In this document: positions 1 to 14,601 of the stretch, piece after piece | How positions within the stretch are numbered: the first letter of the stretch is position 1 | Layout of the letters: each line of letters starts with the position of its first letter | NCBI GenBank assembly: GCA_012295275.1 | Contig: CM022665.1 | Location: forward strand, 42,036,001-42,100,000 | Reading direction: 5' to 3' | DNA length: 64,000 nt | Source of the DNA: Chrysomallon squamiferum | Lineage: Eukaryota > Animalia > Mollusca | Notes under the pieces: generated by a model | Database searches by the model: none | Told to the model about the DNA's origin: nothing | Seen by the model: the letters and a program-made list of their open reading frames with translations, nothing else | Position numbers and translations under genes: made by a program

Positions 1-642
1 ACAAGAGTTAAAAATGATTTAAAGTTATTTATGCAATTTCGAAGCTTTGAACTGCAGTAATCATTATAAAATGTCAAATTTTAGGAATATTCCATACTTT
101 ATTATCAGTAAAGGTTAATGTGAAGTAATAAATTAACATTCGTGTCCAAACTAAGCTGTATTTATTTTATTTATTATTATCATCATTGCATATTTTTTAC
201 TCCATGTTACAAATATAAGTTTTAAGTACATTATAATCTGTTATTTTATTTGTAATTTGCGCTGTCATCACTGATTTTATCTATCTATCTAGCAATCTAG
301 CTATCTATCTATCTATCTATCTATATCTATATATCTATATATATATATATATGGCTTTCATAATTTCAAACAGAAAACTCGTCTCCGTTTTGCGACTTAT
401 TTTTTATTAGTTAACATCACTTAATTTTACTTTCGCGCAGACAAAACAAATGAATTTTCATGGGACTGAAAAATTATTCTTATTATTAATTATACCTATA
501 TATGTTCGTGTATATATATATGTGTAAGTTTTTGCTTGTGTGTGGGTGTGCGTGTGCGTGTGTGGGTGTGTTTGTACATAAATATAGTGAAGTCTGCTAA
601 ATAAACACATTTCATAAACCGTCAACATTTCCTCGGGTTCTT

Positions 643-681
<39 letters not shown>

Positions 682-1769
682 AATTCGTCCTTGAACTTGT
701 TTTGTTGACTGTTCGCACACTGGCTAACGTTTTGAATTAACACAGGCGAAAAAAAAAAAAAAAAAAAAAAAAATGGCGATTGAATCACCTTAATGGCCCA
801 GCTTAGTTACTAAACGTATGAAGAGTTAATTGATGGCGATAGTTTACCGCGGAGGACTCGTTTGACACTTTTTGTCCAATTCACAAGGGACGTCACCGTT
901 TTTTTTTTTTTTAAATATTTACTTAATAAACGGTCCGAGCAGATACAAACGTTATAACTGGAAAAAACAACGATCTGAAACCTCGCAAACAATTAATAGT
1001 TTTGTATCCTTATGTATTGATTTTCATTTTCCTAATCTGCTGTATCATAATTATGGAAGGCTCTCCGGCGTCCGTACTCGTAGCCTTTGGCGTCCATGTT
1101 GACTTTGCTCTGTTAGTGTTTGCGTACGTTCGACAGCTGGAAATATTCTAGCAGCACTGTGACAGTTATTCTGTTATATTCAGTAATCATTCGGGTTAAG
1201 TATGGAAGGGTTTGGTTTAGGCATTAATTCTAATTGAGAAATATAATTTCATGCAACATGCTGATACGCAAGGCCGTGTAAAATAATTGTTCGTTTAATA
1301 AAACGAACGATGTTTGCGAATCAGGCTTCAGTTTGCTGTTGTAAATCAATCGAAGGAAGAACTTAAAAGCACAAACATGCTCTCGTAATATTTTATTGTA
1401 GATTCGATCGTCATACAGCTAGATCTTTATTTACAGAGAAATGATCGGCTTATCTGTGGCAGTTAAAACTCTTTAAGAAATACAAAACGTAAGCGACGCG
1501 TGCAAAGCGAATCCCGGTGAAAAAGTCACTGTTTCTGCGTCTTCTCCTTAATAGAAAGGTTAACTATCAGATTCTTAATGTTAATACATTAATCAGTCTC
1601 AGTAAAGGAATAAACAGAACTGATGGTAAATTAATGAGTTTTTGCTCAAAAATTGTAAAATGGAACAAAAAACACTAGATCTTTGTATAACTGGGCAAAA
1701 CCGGACAATTAATTGTGACTTTTTTTTTTTAATTAGCTGAAGTTGTGACTTTTATTACTGGACACGGCA

Positions 1770-2040
1770 CAGAGGCGTGCAGAGGTCTGGTGATCCCTGG
1801 GGCCATGTCCTTGATTGCATGCCCCAAAGACTCAAGTATAAGACCTGGTACTGAGAAATATTATGAGAAAGAAAGATATTTTGAATACGTGAACACAGAC
1901 GAAACATAAAATAAACACTTTATTGGATTTAAACATAAATCAGCCAAATTTATTAAATTCTCTTCTCTGATTAGATGCCCCCCCCCCCACATTTGGATGT
2001 CCGGGGCCATCCCCCCTTCCACCTCCCCTCTACACGCTAC
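1770..2040. mobile_element. MITE-like element with imperfect TIRs
   Basis: 5' GGCGTGCAGAGG and 3' CCTCTACACGCT (revcomp AGCGTGTAGAGG), with an internal repeated GGGGCCAT and C-runs typical of this class. Confidence 0.5.
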
Positions 2041-2114
2041 ATACAGAAAAATGACACACACAAGACACGCATTACGATTCGTTGACATAAATAGTTGTCA
2101 CTGATTGTAGTAAG

Positions 2115-2415
2115 TACAGTGGTACCTGTCTTGTAAGGACACTCGTGGGGCCGAACCAAAGTGTCCTTACTGTGCAGGAGACCGCTCATCAGAGGGACAC
2201 AAAATTATAGACAATTTTTTTTTTTTATCTTTTTTTTTTTTTTTACAACATTATTTACAATCTTTATTCATATTTTTCACACCAGCACCAACAACAAACA
2301 TCAATTTTTTCGTGGCTTTGCATTGCCGTAGCAAAACATCACGGTTTTCTCCTAAACTTCAACTGCAAATATCGAGTTTCTTATTTTGCAAAATTATAGA
2401 CAATTTTTTTTTTTT

Positions 2416-2450
<35 letters not shown>

Positions 2451-3010
2451 CATTATTTACAATCTTTATTCATATCCTTCACACCAGCACCAACAACAAA
2501 CATAACTAAGCGTAAGTTATAGTTACGTTTTGAGAAAATATTGAATGTCAGATCCAAGAAGAGCTCCGATTAGTGCCAGCTGCACCACGTTTCCGACCAC
2601 AAAACTACCGCGTTGACGCAGGGTTTATGAAACATAAATATGCGTGGAGTGACGTTGAATGTTTGAATTATTAAAATTACGTACCAAATGCTTTGAACTC
2701 GCACGGTTTATCGGGGCAAGCGTTTTGGCGATTGCCATTCGCGGGTTCTTTTTGAGTCGACAAACACAACAACCCTAGCATGCACTGTGCAGGGCAAGAA
2801 ATGAGGTACGCCATCTTCAAAATATCGTATAATAAAATTATTTATTTTGAGGAAAACAAATCCAAACTGGTGTGACTGTCCGCTTTAGCAGTGGAAAATT
2901 ATAAGATAATAATTTTTTTTTTTTTAAATTGCAGTCCACGTCCCTATTCAGCAGGTGTCCGCTGAACTGAGGTACATAATCTATTGAAAAACGTTCGGAA
3001 AAGTGTCCGT
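2115..3010. mobile_element. Degraded Tc1/mariner(pogo)-type non-autonomous element with an internal ~105 bp direct duplication
   Basis: Starts TA|CAGTGGTACCTGTC..AAGGACAC...GTGTCCTTA, with recurrent GTGTCCG motifs near 2875-3010. 2200-2302 is repeated at 2389-2503. A partial match (TGGTACCTG..ACACTCGTGGGGC) lies at ~63011-63033. Confidence 0.4.
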
Positions 3011-4547
3011 ACAACTGTTTACACGTAACAGTTTCTTTGTAATTATGCAAACGTATATATTAACGTACACACGAACATACGTACATACATACATATATTC
3101 ACACAGATGGAAATACGCATAGACACATAAATGCATACATCTACATACATATGATTATACATACCTGGACAGACATACATAATGCATGATAAAAATAATT
3201 ATCTATGCTTCCACTACAAAAGAAAAAGATTTTTTTTAAATAAAATATAAAATAATTTTAAAAAATAAAGAAAATTAAAATACTGCTATCCCTAGAGATT
3301 CTGAAGAAGTAAATAAAAAAAATAAAAAATAAAAAAAAAAAAAAATAAAAAAAATATAAAAATTAAGGAATGGGAGGGGAGGCAGTATAGATTCGACGTC
3401 TTATGCAACCGAGCGAATAATGTAATTTGCAGTTTTATTGGAGTCCTCGCTTTATTGAAATATCGTGTTAAATCTATTTCTCCAGTTCATCTGACTGGAT
3501 TAACTTTTTATTATGTTGCGTGTAAAGGTAACAAATTGCATTAAGACCAAATCTAGCCGGCCTAGAATCTTCTTGTTCCACGATGAAAGACAGGCCAGCG
3601 GCCAGCTTTGAACTTTGTTTATAAAAGGTCTAAATAATTCTGTCTTGTAGACCGGGCTTGCAAGGAAACAAAGCTTCAGACAGATGTTGCATGTAGATCA
3701 TTTCGACGCGGCCGAATTATGCAATGTATTTCTGGCTCGGTACGTTTCAGCTTTCAGTCTCATCATTTCCACCGCTTTAAAATCCTGATTATCGTTGGAA
3801 AAATACTCACGTGTGTTGGTACATGCGTACTTTAAAGTAGTTAAGAGTGTCTCAGATGTAATGAGAGGTAAAGACTTAGGTAAAATGGTTTGGTTATTGT
3901 GGTTAATTTTACTCGGTTTTCTATTTCTTCTTTTTTTTTTTTTTTTCTCTGTTATCCAAAAGTTTTAAAATGAAACTCAAGATACGTTGTTAATTGAAAA
4001 TGCTGTAAACTCGTTTCTTTTACCATCATCTGAAGCAGGGAGACTAATTCACAAAACATGTTTTTCTTAACTGCAGGTAATCAGTAGTTACATAAACTGT
4101 AAATAAGTTTTTTTGTTTTTACGTAAGAGAAAAAAGAAAAAGCTGTTTTGTAAAATCGGCCACACGATATTTTACTTAGACTTACAAATAACACGTTCTT
4201 GAAATTCTTCATCTGTGATTCTTTTTGCAGTTTTGTTTTCCCAAACTAAGCAGCTAGTTGGACAGATTTATGTCATCTCACTATTTTATTAAGTAGCAAC
4301 AGAATCTAAACTGGGTCTTTCACGTATTTTTTGTTGTTGTTTTTGTTTGTTCTGGGTTTGTTTCAACAGAAGGGACGTGAAGTCAAACTGTTAGACACAG
4401 GAAAGATTATAGAGTAGAATCGTGTAGATAAAAATAATACTGTGACCTCATCGTGTCACTTAATGAACATTTTGGTTAAGTTATAGTTTATATATAAAAT
4501 CACGTCTTTGAATTCTGTAATCTAGTCATTTATTTTCTAATACCTGC

Positions 4548-4765
4548 ACTGTCCCGTTGGTAAATGCATGGTTGGAACAATAAGGACACCAACAAACTTT
4601 GTTATGTACAGTCCTTGTTTAAGAAGAGTGGCAGTCCTCCAATAATAGAACAGATCAGAGTAAAAAACAAACAAAAAACGTCGTAGTTCTATGTTCTCTG
4701 TCCTGTTGGTAAAAGTATGGTTAGAGCAATAAGGACACCAACCAACTTTATTATGCATAGTCCTT

Positions 4766-4805
<40 letters not shown>

Positions 4806-5121
4806 GCAATCCACCAATAGTAGAACAGAACAGGGGGAGTTGCAGTTTTTATTTGGGGAAAAAAGTTTAAAGATTGAAATCAAATTTAAAGTCTCAGAAT
4901 GAATTATTAACTGAATCATTCTGGTTCAACAAGTTCTACATTAGACGAGAAACAGGCAGTGATAATTATTAATATATAATTTATGTTGAGTCAGTCTTAG
5001 AAGAGTGGCAGTCCTCTTGGAACAGAAAAGAACAGAAAGAAACGCAGCTGTTTTTATTATGGTAAAAAAAAGAAAAAGAAGTTTAAAGACGGAAATCTAA
5101 ATTAAAGTCTCAGAATGGATT
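4548..5121. repeat. Degenerate tandem repeat (2-3 partial units, ~150-200 bp)
   Basis: CTGTCC(C/T)GTTGGTAAA...CAATAAGGACACCAAC occurs at 4548 and 4698, AGAAGAGTGGCAGTCCTC at 4622 and 4999, and AAAGTCTCAGAATG at 4888 and 5104. Confidence 0.75.
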
Positions 5122-6359
5122 AACTCAATCGTTACTGAACGACAACCGACATTATTATCAGTATCTGTTACTGATTCGCCTTTCAGATGTGTCCTATTTA
5201 TCGTAGATAGAATACAAACAAAGCTAAAACAGTACAACATACCATTTAATTATTGTTTTTTTATTTATTTTTTTTTTTAAATTTATTTTATTTTTATTTT
5301 TGTTTTTGCAGCTTTGAATTCATGGAGTCTGTATTAAATAAATATATATATGTATATACACAACACAGTCACTATATTAAAATCTGATTTCATCTTTTAA
5401 AACCGACATGTTTTGTACAGCTCAAGAAGAAATTAATAATCGTTTAATGAATCGACTCAGAATATTTTAACTCTAGGGTTACATAGCTGATATTTAGTGA
5501 CTACTAGAAGCTAGCTTACTGTACTGTCCAGAACCATACAGTTTGCAAACACTGTATAATATACATACATAGGTTAAATACATAATAGCAGTAGAGAATC
5601 ACACTGTGTCTGCGTATACATGTATGTATATATGTATTTGTACCTATATACATATATATATTATATACATACATATAGACATATATATATATATATATAT
5701 ATACAAAGAATGAGAAATGCAAAGAACACAGCAATAAAATATGTATAGAGAAAAGTACATACGAGTTTGATTAACAAGTTTTATTGCATTATTTAAAACT
5801 AGCCCATGTTGCATTAGCACAACAAGAAGACAGAAAATCAGAAGCAAAGGGAACCTTATTACGATCTATTTGACTTGAAGCAGTACAAATTCTCTTCATT
5901 GTTCATTACTTGTGGCAAAACAAAAATATTTAAAAAAAAGAAAAAAGAAATGCAATTTGCATTCTAAACGACCACGATTGAAAAACAGGTGACTCGTAAT
6001 TAAATTCAAAAGAAACGTTTGTCTGTTTAAACGATTGGAGTACTGTTAGCAATCAGAGCAAGAAAAGAATGGAAGATAACGACTCTGTTACTGGCATTTC
6101 GTAATAGTTTTGGGTTAAACAATATTTGGTAATACACGTATATGGATTGGACAGCATGCATTAGTCTGTGTTCTCTCGGTGTTATGTAATGTAATACGAA
6201 CAGTTTAAGAAATAACTAAATAATTATCATAGCTCGTTGTAAAGCAGTTTAATGTAACATTTCAGGTGTTTTGTTTTGTTGTTCATTTGTTTTTTTTTTT
6301 TTTTTTTATGTTTTGTGGGTGTCCAAGTTTCTATTCTTTATTTTATTTTATTTCATATC

Positions 6360-6665
6360 ATTTTAGTTTTAGTTTATGTTATTTCATTTATTTTTAGTTT
6401 AGTTATGTTATGTTATGTTATTTCATTAATTTTTAGTTCAGTTATGTTATGTTATTTTATTTCATTTTATTTTTAGTTTAGTTATATTATGTTGTTTCAT
6501 TTTATTTTTAGGTTAGTTATGTTATGTTATGTTATTTCATTTTATTTTTAGTGTATGTTATGTTATTTTATTTCATTTTATTTTTAGTTTAGTTATGTTA
6601 TGTTATGTTATTTCATTTATTTTTAGTTTAGTTATGTTATGTTATGTTATTTCGTTTTATTTTAT
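6360..6665. repeat. ~30-35 bp AT-rich minisatellite (TTATGTTATGTTATTTCATTTATTTTTAGTTTAG)n
   Basis: About 9 directly visible units. Confidence 0.85.
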
Positions 6666-8267
6666 GATCATAGTTTTGAGTTCTACTATCACTTTAAGGA
6701 TTATTCTTGCTTACATACATATATAAATAAATACTGAAGAATGTGTCTGTGTCTGTGTCTGTGTGTTTGAATAATCAAGATTTACGTCAAGACGGGATTT
6801 CTGTCTGACAGAGACTATCACAGCTCTGAGTTTAGAAATCTCATCAGAACTATTCCTGTTCAAATCCAGACATCAGACCTAACAGTCATAAGCCAACGTC
6901 TGCTTGTTTTCTTCGAGTTTAGACAGTTCATCGGCTTTGTTCTTATCCTTCCCTTGTGAATAAACTTCTCAAAGCTCTTTGACGGTAATTTTCACTTGAG
7001 ATAACCAATCTATTTATCGTGTTGTTTGTCCTTCCAATGTCATGCTATGGGGGAAAAAAAATTCTCGTAAATATACATTATTAATGCTCATCCATTAAGT
7101 TGTTAAGCGGTCGTCGGACGTTTGCTGAATGCGAGGGTGTTGGCCAAAAATGTTAAACGTGTATTAAATATGCAGCGAAAGAAAATAAATAGACTGCCCG
7201 TTTGACCTCAAGGTTGCCTTTCACCGATTGAACTTTTGTCGGCGATGATGTTGTTGTTGTTTTTTTTTAATTGAATTTTATTACAAATAGAGTTTACTAA
7301 AATGAACATATCTTGGCCCATAACAAGAAATAAAAAGACATTAAGAAAAACAAAATTAATATCCCATCACTCGTCAACAAAGTTTGCGATGCAGCCTTTA
7401 TTGGGAAGACGAACCCGCGTCCTTCCAGGTTTTGAATTCACGACTTTTTATCGCAAAGAAATCGAACTGCAGTGATTCTGCAGACACGTCATTTACAGAA
7501 TCGTTGCAGGAGATAACAGGAAATTAGAACGGCTTTTGATTACTAAAACACCGGTACTCTTCAATTGACAGGCATTTATGTCACAGTGTCAAACAGCTAG
7601 TCAGATGATTTCTACATTTATCACAGAAACAACATCATTACAATCACTGGAGGCAAATCTCTCTGCTGCTGCTGCTGCTGCTGCTGCTTCTTTGTAATAT
7701 CAGAGAGAAAGAGGGGGGCAGAGAAAGAGAGAGAGTAAACGGAGAAAGACAGAGAAAAAAGAGAAATGAGATGAGAAAGTTAAGGAAGATTGGAGAGACT
7801 TTGAGAGAAAACGAAAGATACGAACAGAGTAAAGTGAGAAAGAAAGAAAAAAAAGATATGAGACGATGGAGAAAGAGACACAACAAGAGTAATCGGAGAA
7901 AGACGGAGAGAAAAAGAGACACGCAGAGAGAAATGAAGAAATGAGATGAGAAAGTAAAGAAAGATTGAAGACACTTTGAGAGAGAACACACACACACACA
8001 CACATACAAAAATAAAAATAAAAATATATATATATATAAAAAAAAAAAAAGCATCGAAGAATCAGCGAGTTATCATTGATGTCCAATTTGCACACGAGAT
8101 TAAACTATCGAAACCGTATCCACCACGATTTATTTAGAGAACGCAAATCGATATCTTTCGTGATTGGAACATCCACGAGCCATACAAATGGGGAAAAGTT
8201 GTCTGGGCGGTGGCAGATTAAGTTTGCCTGGGTTGAATGGCTGCAGTTTTGAGGAGTCACTGGCTGC

Positions 8268-8283
8268 TAGCGCCATCTGTTGG
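8268..8283 (-). promoter_or_regulatory. CTCF-like binding motif
   Basis: + strand TAGCGCCATCTGTTGG = minus strand CCAACAGATGGCGCTA, a close match to the bilaterian CTCF core CCASYAGRKGGCRS. It sits in a unique-sequence island (~8060-8420) between microsatellites. Confidence 0.6.
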
Positions 8284-9529
8284 TGAACCATGCACTAATT
8301 GCACTGGTTGGTCGTTGCAGTCTGAACTCGAATGAATAACGAATCACTGATTGAGATATTGTGTTCAGAATATTGTACGCTGGGCAGTTAGCGAGCAGAT
8401 GATTTCGTGAATTGTAGGTAGAAATGTGTGTGTGTGTTTGTGTATGTGTCTGTTTTTGTGTGTGTGTGTTTGTGTGTGTGTGTGTTTTGTGTGTGTGTGT
8501 GTGCTTGTTTGTTTGTGTGTGTGTGTTTCATGTGTATGAGTCTGAGTCTGAGTGACTTGTGTATTAATTCTTACGATACAATAATAATAATAACAACAAC
8601 AATAATAATAATAAGAAGAAGAACAACAACAACAACAAAAACAATAATAATAATAATAATAACGACAATAATAATAGCAACAACAACAAGAAAACAACAA
8701 TAGCAGCAGCAACAATACAGTTCTACTATAATAAATTATCTGCCTGTCTGTTTGTCTCTCTATCTGTCCATCTGTCTTTCTGCCTTTCTATACAAAATTC
8801 ATTTTGAAGCAAAAGATCATAAGCTTACATGGATTCCACACACATGAATATGAAAAAAAAAGAAAAGAAAAGAAATCTGAAAAAATTCCGAAATACAAAA
8901 TCCAAGCATTTTAAAACTGCATTATTATTATTATAATTAGTAGTAGTAGTAGTCGTAGTAGTAGTAGTTGTAGTAGTAGTATTTGTTATTGTAGTAGTAT
9001 TTCTTCAAGCTTTATTTAAATGAATTCATTACTGCACAATAACGAGTGATATGAATTGCGACATTTTTGACAGTATTGCTTTTAAAAATTGATCTCTCGT
9101 GGTTAAGGACTAATAGTTTCACAAATAGACTGCATAGTAGCCTTGCTTAATTCAGATATTTATCATAGCCACTGAACTATATCAACAACACGACTCAAAT
9201 AAAAAAAAAAATGTTTTCACAGATACAGTATCAAATAGCACAGAAACCTTGATTTTAATCATGTTTTATCCATAACCGGACTAATAAACAGAAGAGAGAG
9301 AGAAAAAAAAAGCAAACAAACCAAAAAAACACGTGATTTACGCTGTTTTAAAACAAATTTAAAATGAAGTCATCGTGTTTCGTAACCGAAAGCAAAATCA
9401 ATATATTGTCATTAGTTATAAAAACATTTGGACGAAAGAAAAAGCCATAGAAAAAGAATGATCGTTGCATGTTCCAAAACAAAATGAAAATTTTGGGAAG
9501 AAAAACGAGTTATTGAAACATATTAAGAA

Positions 9530-9785
9530 AAACGTGTGATGTGGATTCGGAAATATATGTAGCGTTCTTTAAAATAAAATGGAGGAAATAATAATAACAA
9601 AAATCGAAAGCCTTGGATTTTAAAATGTGCAGAGTTCGTTGAAATAAAACGAAGGAAATATTACCAAAAACGTTTGGTTTGGATTTAGAATGTACAGAAG
9701 TCTTTAAAATAAAATGGATGGAAAAAGGTGAACAAAAACGAAAGGTTTCGAGTCTAAAACGTGTCGAGTTCTTTGAAATAAAATG
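9530..9785. repeat. Degenerate ~65 bp minisatellite, 4 units
   Basis: Recurrent TGGATT..AAA(T/C)GT..AGAGTTCTTT(A/G)AAATAAAA(T/C)G ending near 9580, 9650, 9715 and 9785. Confidence 0.7.
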
Positions 9786-10471
9786 TTACATGGCAAAAAA
9801 AAAAAAATAAAAAAAAAAAAAGACGAAGAAAAAGCTGAGATTTATCTGCTCAGCAAAAATCGGCCGAAAGGAAGATTAATGAAGCAACTTTGGCCCAATT
9901 CCCGAGGCAATTTCTTGATTCAAATCTTACTGCAAGAAAAGAGACTTCTTCGAATTATCTCTGCAACAAGCGCTCGTGCGTAATTTTGCAAGACGACATC
10001 CGGAAGATCTCGATGGATTATGGAACCTGGTTAAATACGTGTTGATGCCTGTCGACAAGAATTTTTTTTTTTAATAAAGAAACGGAAAAATGAGATATTT
10101 ACATTAAACGAAGTACCTTGAAGACGTTATTACGATTTACATCATTTTCTTGTTAAATAATTTTTTTTATTATTATTTTCTTTTTTTATATTTTTTCATT
10201 TTTTTTTTTTTTTTTTCTCACTTTTTGTACATGTTGCTGTTTGGTAGTTCAAAGAAATAAAAGACATGTTTGCGTGGGAAAGACTTAAGTGGAATTAAAT
10301 CGTTGATGATTATTAACATAGCAAAAAAAAAAAAATGCCCTCAGCACTTCAATTTTTGAAGTTGATAAACCGCGCTTTCGCATTATTTATTAAAACAGGC
10401 CTGGTTCAAGAGTTAAAAAATAATGATAATTGCAAGGCGCAACACACAACACAGCAAGTGTATGGCGCCGT

Positions 10472-10590
10472 AAGTTCGAGTCTCTTCAGCGGAATCTGAC
10501 CTTTGTGACGTAACCGGTACTTTGTTCTTCTGTTTAATTCCCAGCGTTCAATCAGATGTACATAAGACAGTAGAATATTCATACCTAAAT
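10472..10590 (+). mobile_element. Diverged, internally deleted copy of SINE family 1
   Basis: GTTCGAGTCTCTTCAGCGGAATCTGAC ... CAGATGTACATAAGACAGTAGAATATTCA matches the other two copies. Confidence 0.6.
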
Positions 10591-11383
10591 ACGTACGTAA
10601 ATACACGCACATGCACGCACGCACACACACACACACACACACACACATGCAGTTATGACATGTCTCGCCCTTAGCGGTAGCATTCACACACACACACACA
10701 CACGCACCCGTGCACACACATTTTTTATTTCATTATTTTATTTTACAAACAATCTTACGTTGTTGCTATATGACATAAATCGAACATTTAATTTTTCTTC
10801 TTCTTCTTCTTTTTTTTTTTTTTTTTTTTTCGTTAAAATATTTATATCCGTTTATATCTACAACATCTGCAGTAAGTAATTAACAGCGTTGCCATAGATA
10901 CATTTAGCTTGTTGTTTATTTTTATATACCCGTTTCCAAAGCATTGTCAAGCAGGTATTTTTTTTTTTTTTTTTAAAAGTCATTCAGGTAACTATTTATC
11001 TGAAGTCGTGCCGTTACAAAGGAAGCATTATGATCAATATTAAAACACGCGTATGAAAAGAAGCAAAAAAAAATGAACTAAAAGCAGCCGGTCTGGTAAG
11101 AGGTAAACAAAAATGAGGAAATGTGTTTCTACGTGTCTGTATAACTCTTTAAATTAATGTACATAAGCCGGATTATTCTTCTAATAATGACGGTGGGGCG
11201 TTCAAATCAATCACGGTATGAGTTTAATATTTAATTAGCACCTTGGGAACATCAAGACTGTCTTTTAGGATCATATTTCAAATATTAAAAACCGAGTAGT
11301 TATATATATATATATATATTATGAAAAATTCTAATTATATTTTAATTATATATATATATATATATAGTTAAGATATAATTAGA

Positions 11384-11439
<56 letters not shown>

Positions 11440-11679
11440 GATATGATTAGAATTTTTCTTAAAATTACTGTTTATTATTTATTATTTATTTATTTATTTA
11501 TTTATTACTTTTAAAGAGATTTTAGACATTCTATTTTTATTTTATTTTTATTTTTGTTTTTACAGTATCATCAAATGAAATAATTATGAAATTTTTATAT
11601 AATGACAATAGCAGCATGGAGTCAGAACAGTAACTGGACAAAACTAGAACAACGACAGCAGCAACAACAACAACAGTAA

Positions 11680-11726
<47 letters not shown>

Positions 11727-12461
11727 ACAAACAAATAAAATAAATAAATAAATAAATACATTTTTAGAAAGTCACCAACATAAAAGCAATCAAGCGCTTG
11801 ATACCTAATAGATATTAATATTTTAAAAAATTGCAACAAAAAAAATAAAAACGGGTTGAAATGTTTAAAAAAAACAAATATTCATTCATTTTTCAATAAA
11901 GATTAAATTTAAGTTCACACATTTGTAAATTAATAATTTTCTTAATTCAACCGTTACTTCATGTAATAATGTCAGTAAAACTATATCAGATAAAATTAAT
12001 GGTGTTTATTATGTGAAAATTGCCTATGACGATTATAGATTTCCTGTTTTGGTTCAGCTAAGTTTCCAACGTATACAAACACGATACGAAATTGGCTGAC
12101 ACAACACATGGTTGCTGTATACCATTTGTTTTAGTACTGGTCACAATGTTAACGTTTTTCTTCAAAGTGAGATAAAAAGTTACTGGAACCAAAATTGTTT
12201 CTTTTTGACTACGTACATACATACAGTTTTTTATTTTTTAGTTTATTTATTTATTTATTTATTTATTTTCTGAAACATGATTAACAATAATAAGTCAGTC
12301 CAATATACACAGGAATGCTGCTAGATCGAACAAATCCATCATTCCTCAATCAAGTTTCAGACTTAACTACATTTAAAAAAAAATGTAACTATAAAAGTAA
12401 AATAATTTAATGAGATCAAATAAATAAATAAATAATAAATAAAAAATAATAATAATAATAA

Positions 12462-12492
<31 letters not shown>

Positions 12493-13472
12493 AAGAAGAA
12501 GAAGAAGAAGAAGAAGAAGACTAAATAAAAAAAATAAATAAAAAATAAGAAAATAAATAAACTTATGGCAAAGCTGACTTATCTATAAGTGTGCCAGACG
12601 CTTTAATGTCTCACCGTGGACTCACTATTTCTTTGTAATACTTTATTATTAAGAAAGATTGGACAACAGCAGCTCGTCTTCTGCTCGTCTTCCCATAAGA
12701 CACGCGCAGACTTTTTGAGTCGTGATCTCACAAGGAACACCACAGTCCGTCAAAGATACGACGTTGTTCCCAAAGTTTTTTATTCCAGATCCACCGGATA
12801 CAACCATTTTTATTTTTATTAATATTATTATTTTTTTTTTTTTTTTTTTTTTTTGTCTCGTGGAGATACCAGTTTCTGAGTCGCTTGGAAACGTAATAAA
12901 TGTATCTTTACTGCATGTTTGCACATTCGAGTTTTCGAATTTGCTAAAAAAAAAAAAAACAATGATAATGTCAAAACCGGTTGGGATTTTGCTAGCCAAA
13001 CTCGAAATCCAAGCTGAAAAATGATCGAGAGAGATGGTTATCTTGTGACATTAAAGGACGGTAAAGATTTTTTTTTTTTTTTTTTCCTTCTTCCCAAGAC
13101 GTTGTAGTCTTTCATTAAATAATACACCTTTTCAGTTTCTTACAGATAACAGACAACACCTAGACTAATACATCACGTTTACTCATAAACCTCTCTCTAG
13201 AGAATCGTTCTACATCAAATATTTCTTAGAATGTTTTGTAAAAACACTCTCTAGAGAATCGCTCTACATCAGTTATTTCCAGGAATAAGTATATTTCTTT
13301 CACTTTCATAAAAATATTGTAAAATGCACTCGATATTGGGAACATACAAACTGCGGTTTGAATTAAGCTAGGAGACTCAAAATGCCACATTAGATTTTGG
13401 CAGAATCTCTATTAACCTGTATACAAACATACACACTCACACAGACAGACAGATAGACTTGCAAAACACACA

Positions 13473-13543
<71 letters not shown>

Positions 13544-13742
13544 GCATATATACTGCACTAAATGTATATATATATATATATTTATATATATATGTACTTA
13601 CAGACAAAAATGAGTGCTTACATACTTAGGTACACACACACATACCCGCGTACGTACGTACTTAATTGAATACATAAACACACACAAGCTAATCACGTCT
13701 GTCATCTTCAAATAAACGATTTGGTTTAATGCGAACTGTAAG

Positions 13743-13774
<32 letters not shown>

Positions 13775-14562
13775 ATCTAAATTTAGAAATTATCTCAAAA
13801 AGATTAATTAATCTTTATCCATCAACATTTCAGTATCAGTTTTTCTTCTGTTTTATATATCCCTAATTTACACTTAGAGAGATATATTAATATTAATGTC
13901 GATCCCAGGCGAAATATATAATTTATATAATATATTCAAACGTAAACAGATACAAGAAGTTATGTGTATAGTATCTTAATGTGCTATTTTATATTTAACG
14001 TGGCGAAATTCGCCATCAGACTAAATTATACTGTTATATATGTGTGTGTAATACAATATAGTTGTTTTTTCGCGTGTAATGCTATCTTACTGAACTCTGT
14101 TACTTTATAATGAGATGATGATGTTCTTAGTCACATTCGCTGCGTGTTTATAATTGTTCAGACGCAGTTTTAACAACGTCTTCTCGTCTTTCTTACTCAC
14201 ATGAAATGGTTATTGCTCTTTTTTGTACGGCAGTGTTGTTTTAATGAGTGTTATTTTTGTTTTTGTTTATTATTATTGTTGTTGTTGTTGTTGTTGTTGT
14301 TCTTGTTCATCTACTTTGTCGCCGCCGTCTTCTTACTGTTGTTATTCTTATTATTATTAATGCAGTCTTCATCTTCTTCTTCTTCTTCTTCTTAACACTA
14401 ATTTTTTTTTTCATGCGTTTTTCAGTGATTAATCAGACACACACATATTCACACTCATACACAGACATATTATATACTTACATATAACTTTCACGTACAG
14501 ATTCTAGCCTTTTTGATTCAAAACTAAATTTGTGCGTCAAAACGCCAGTAACCTCCATCAAA

Positions 14563-14601
<39 letters not shown>

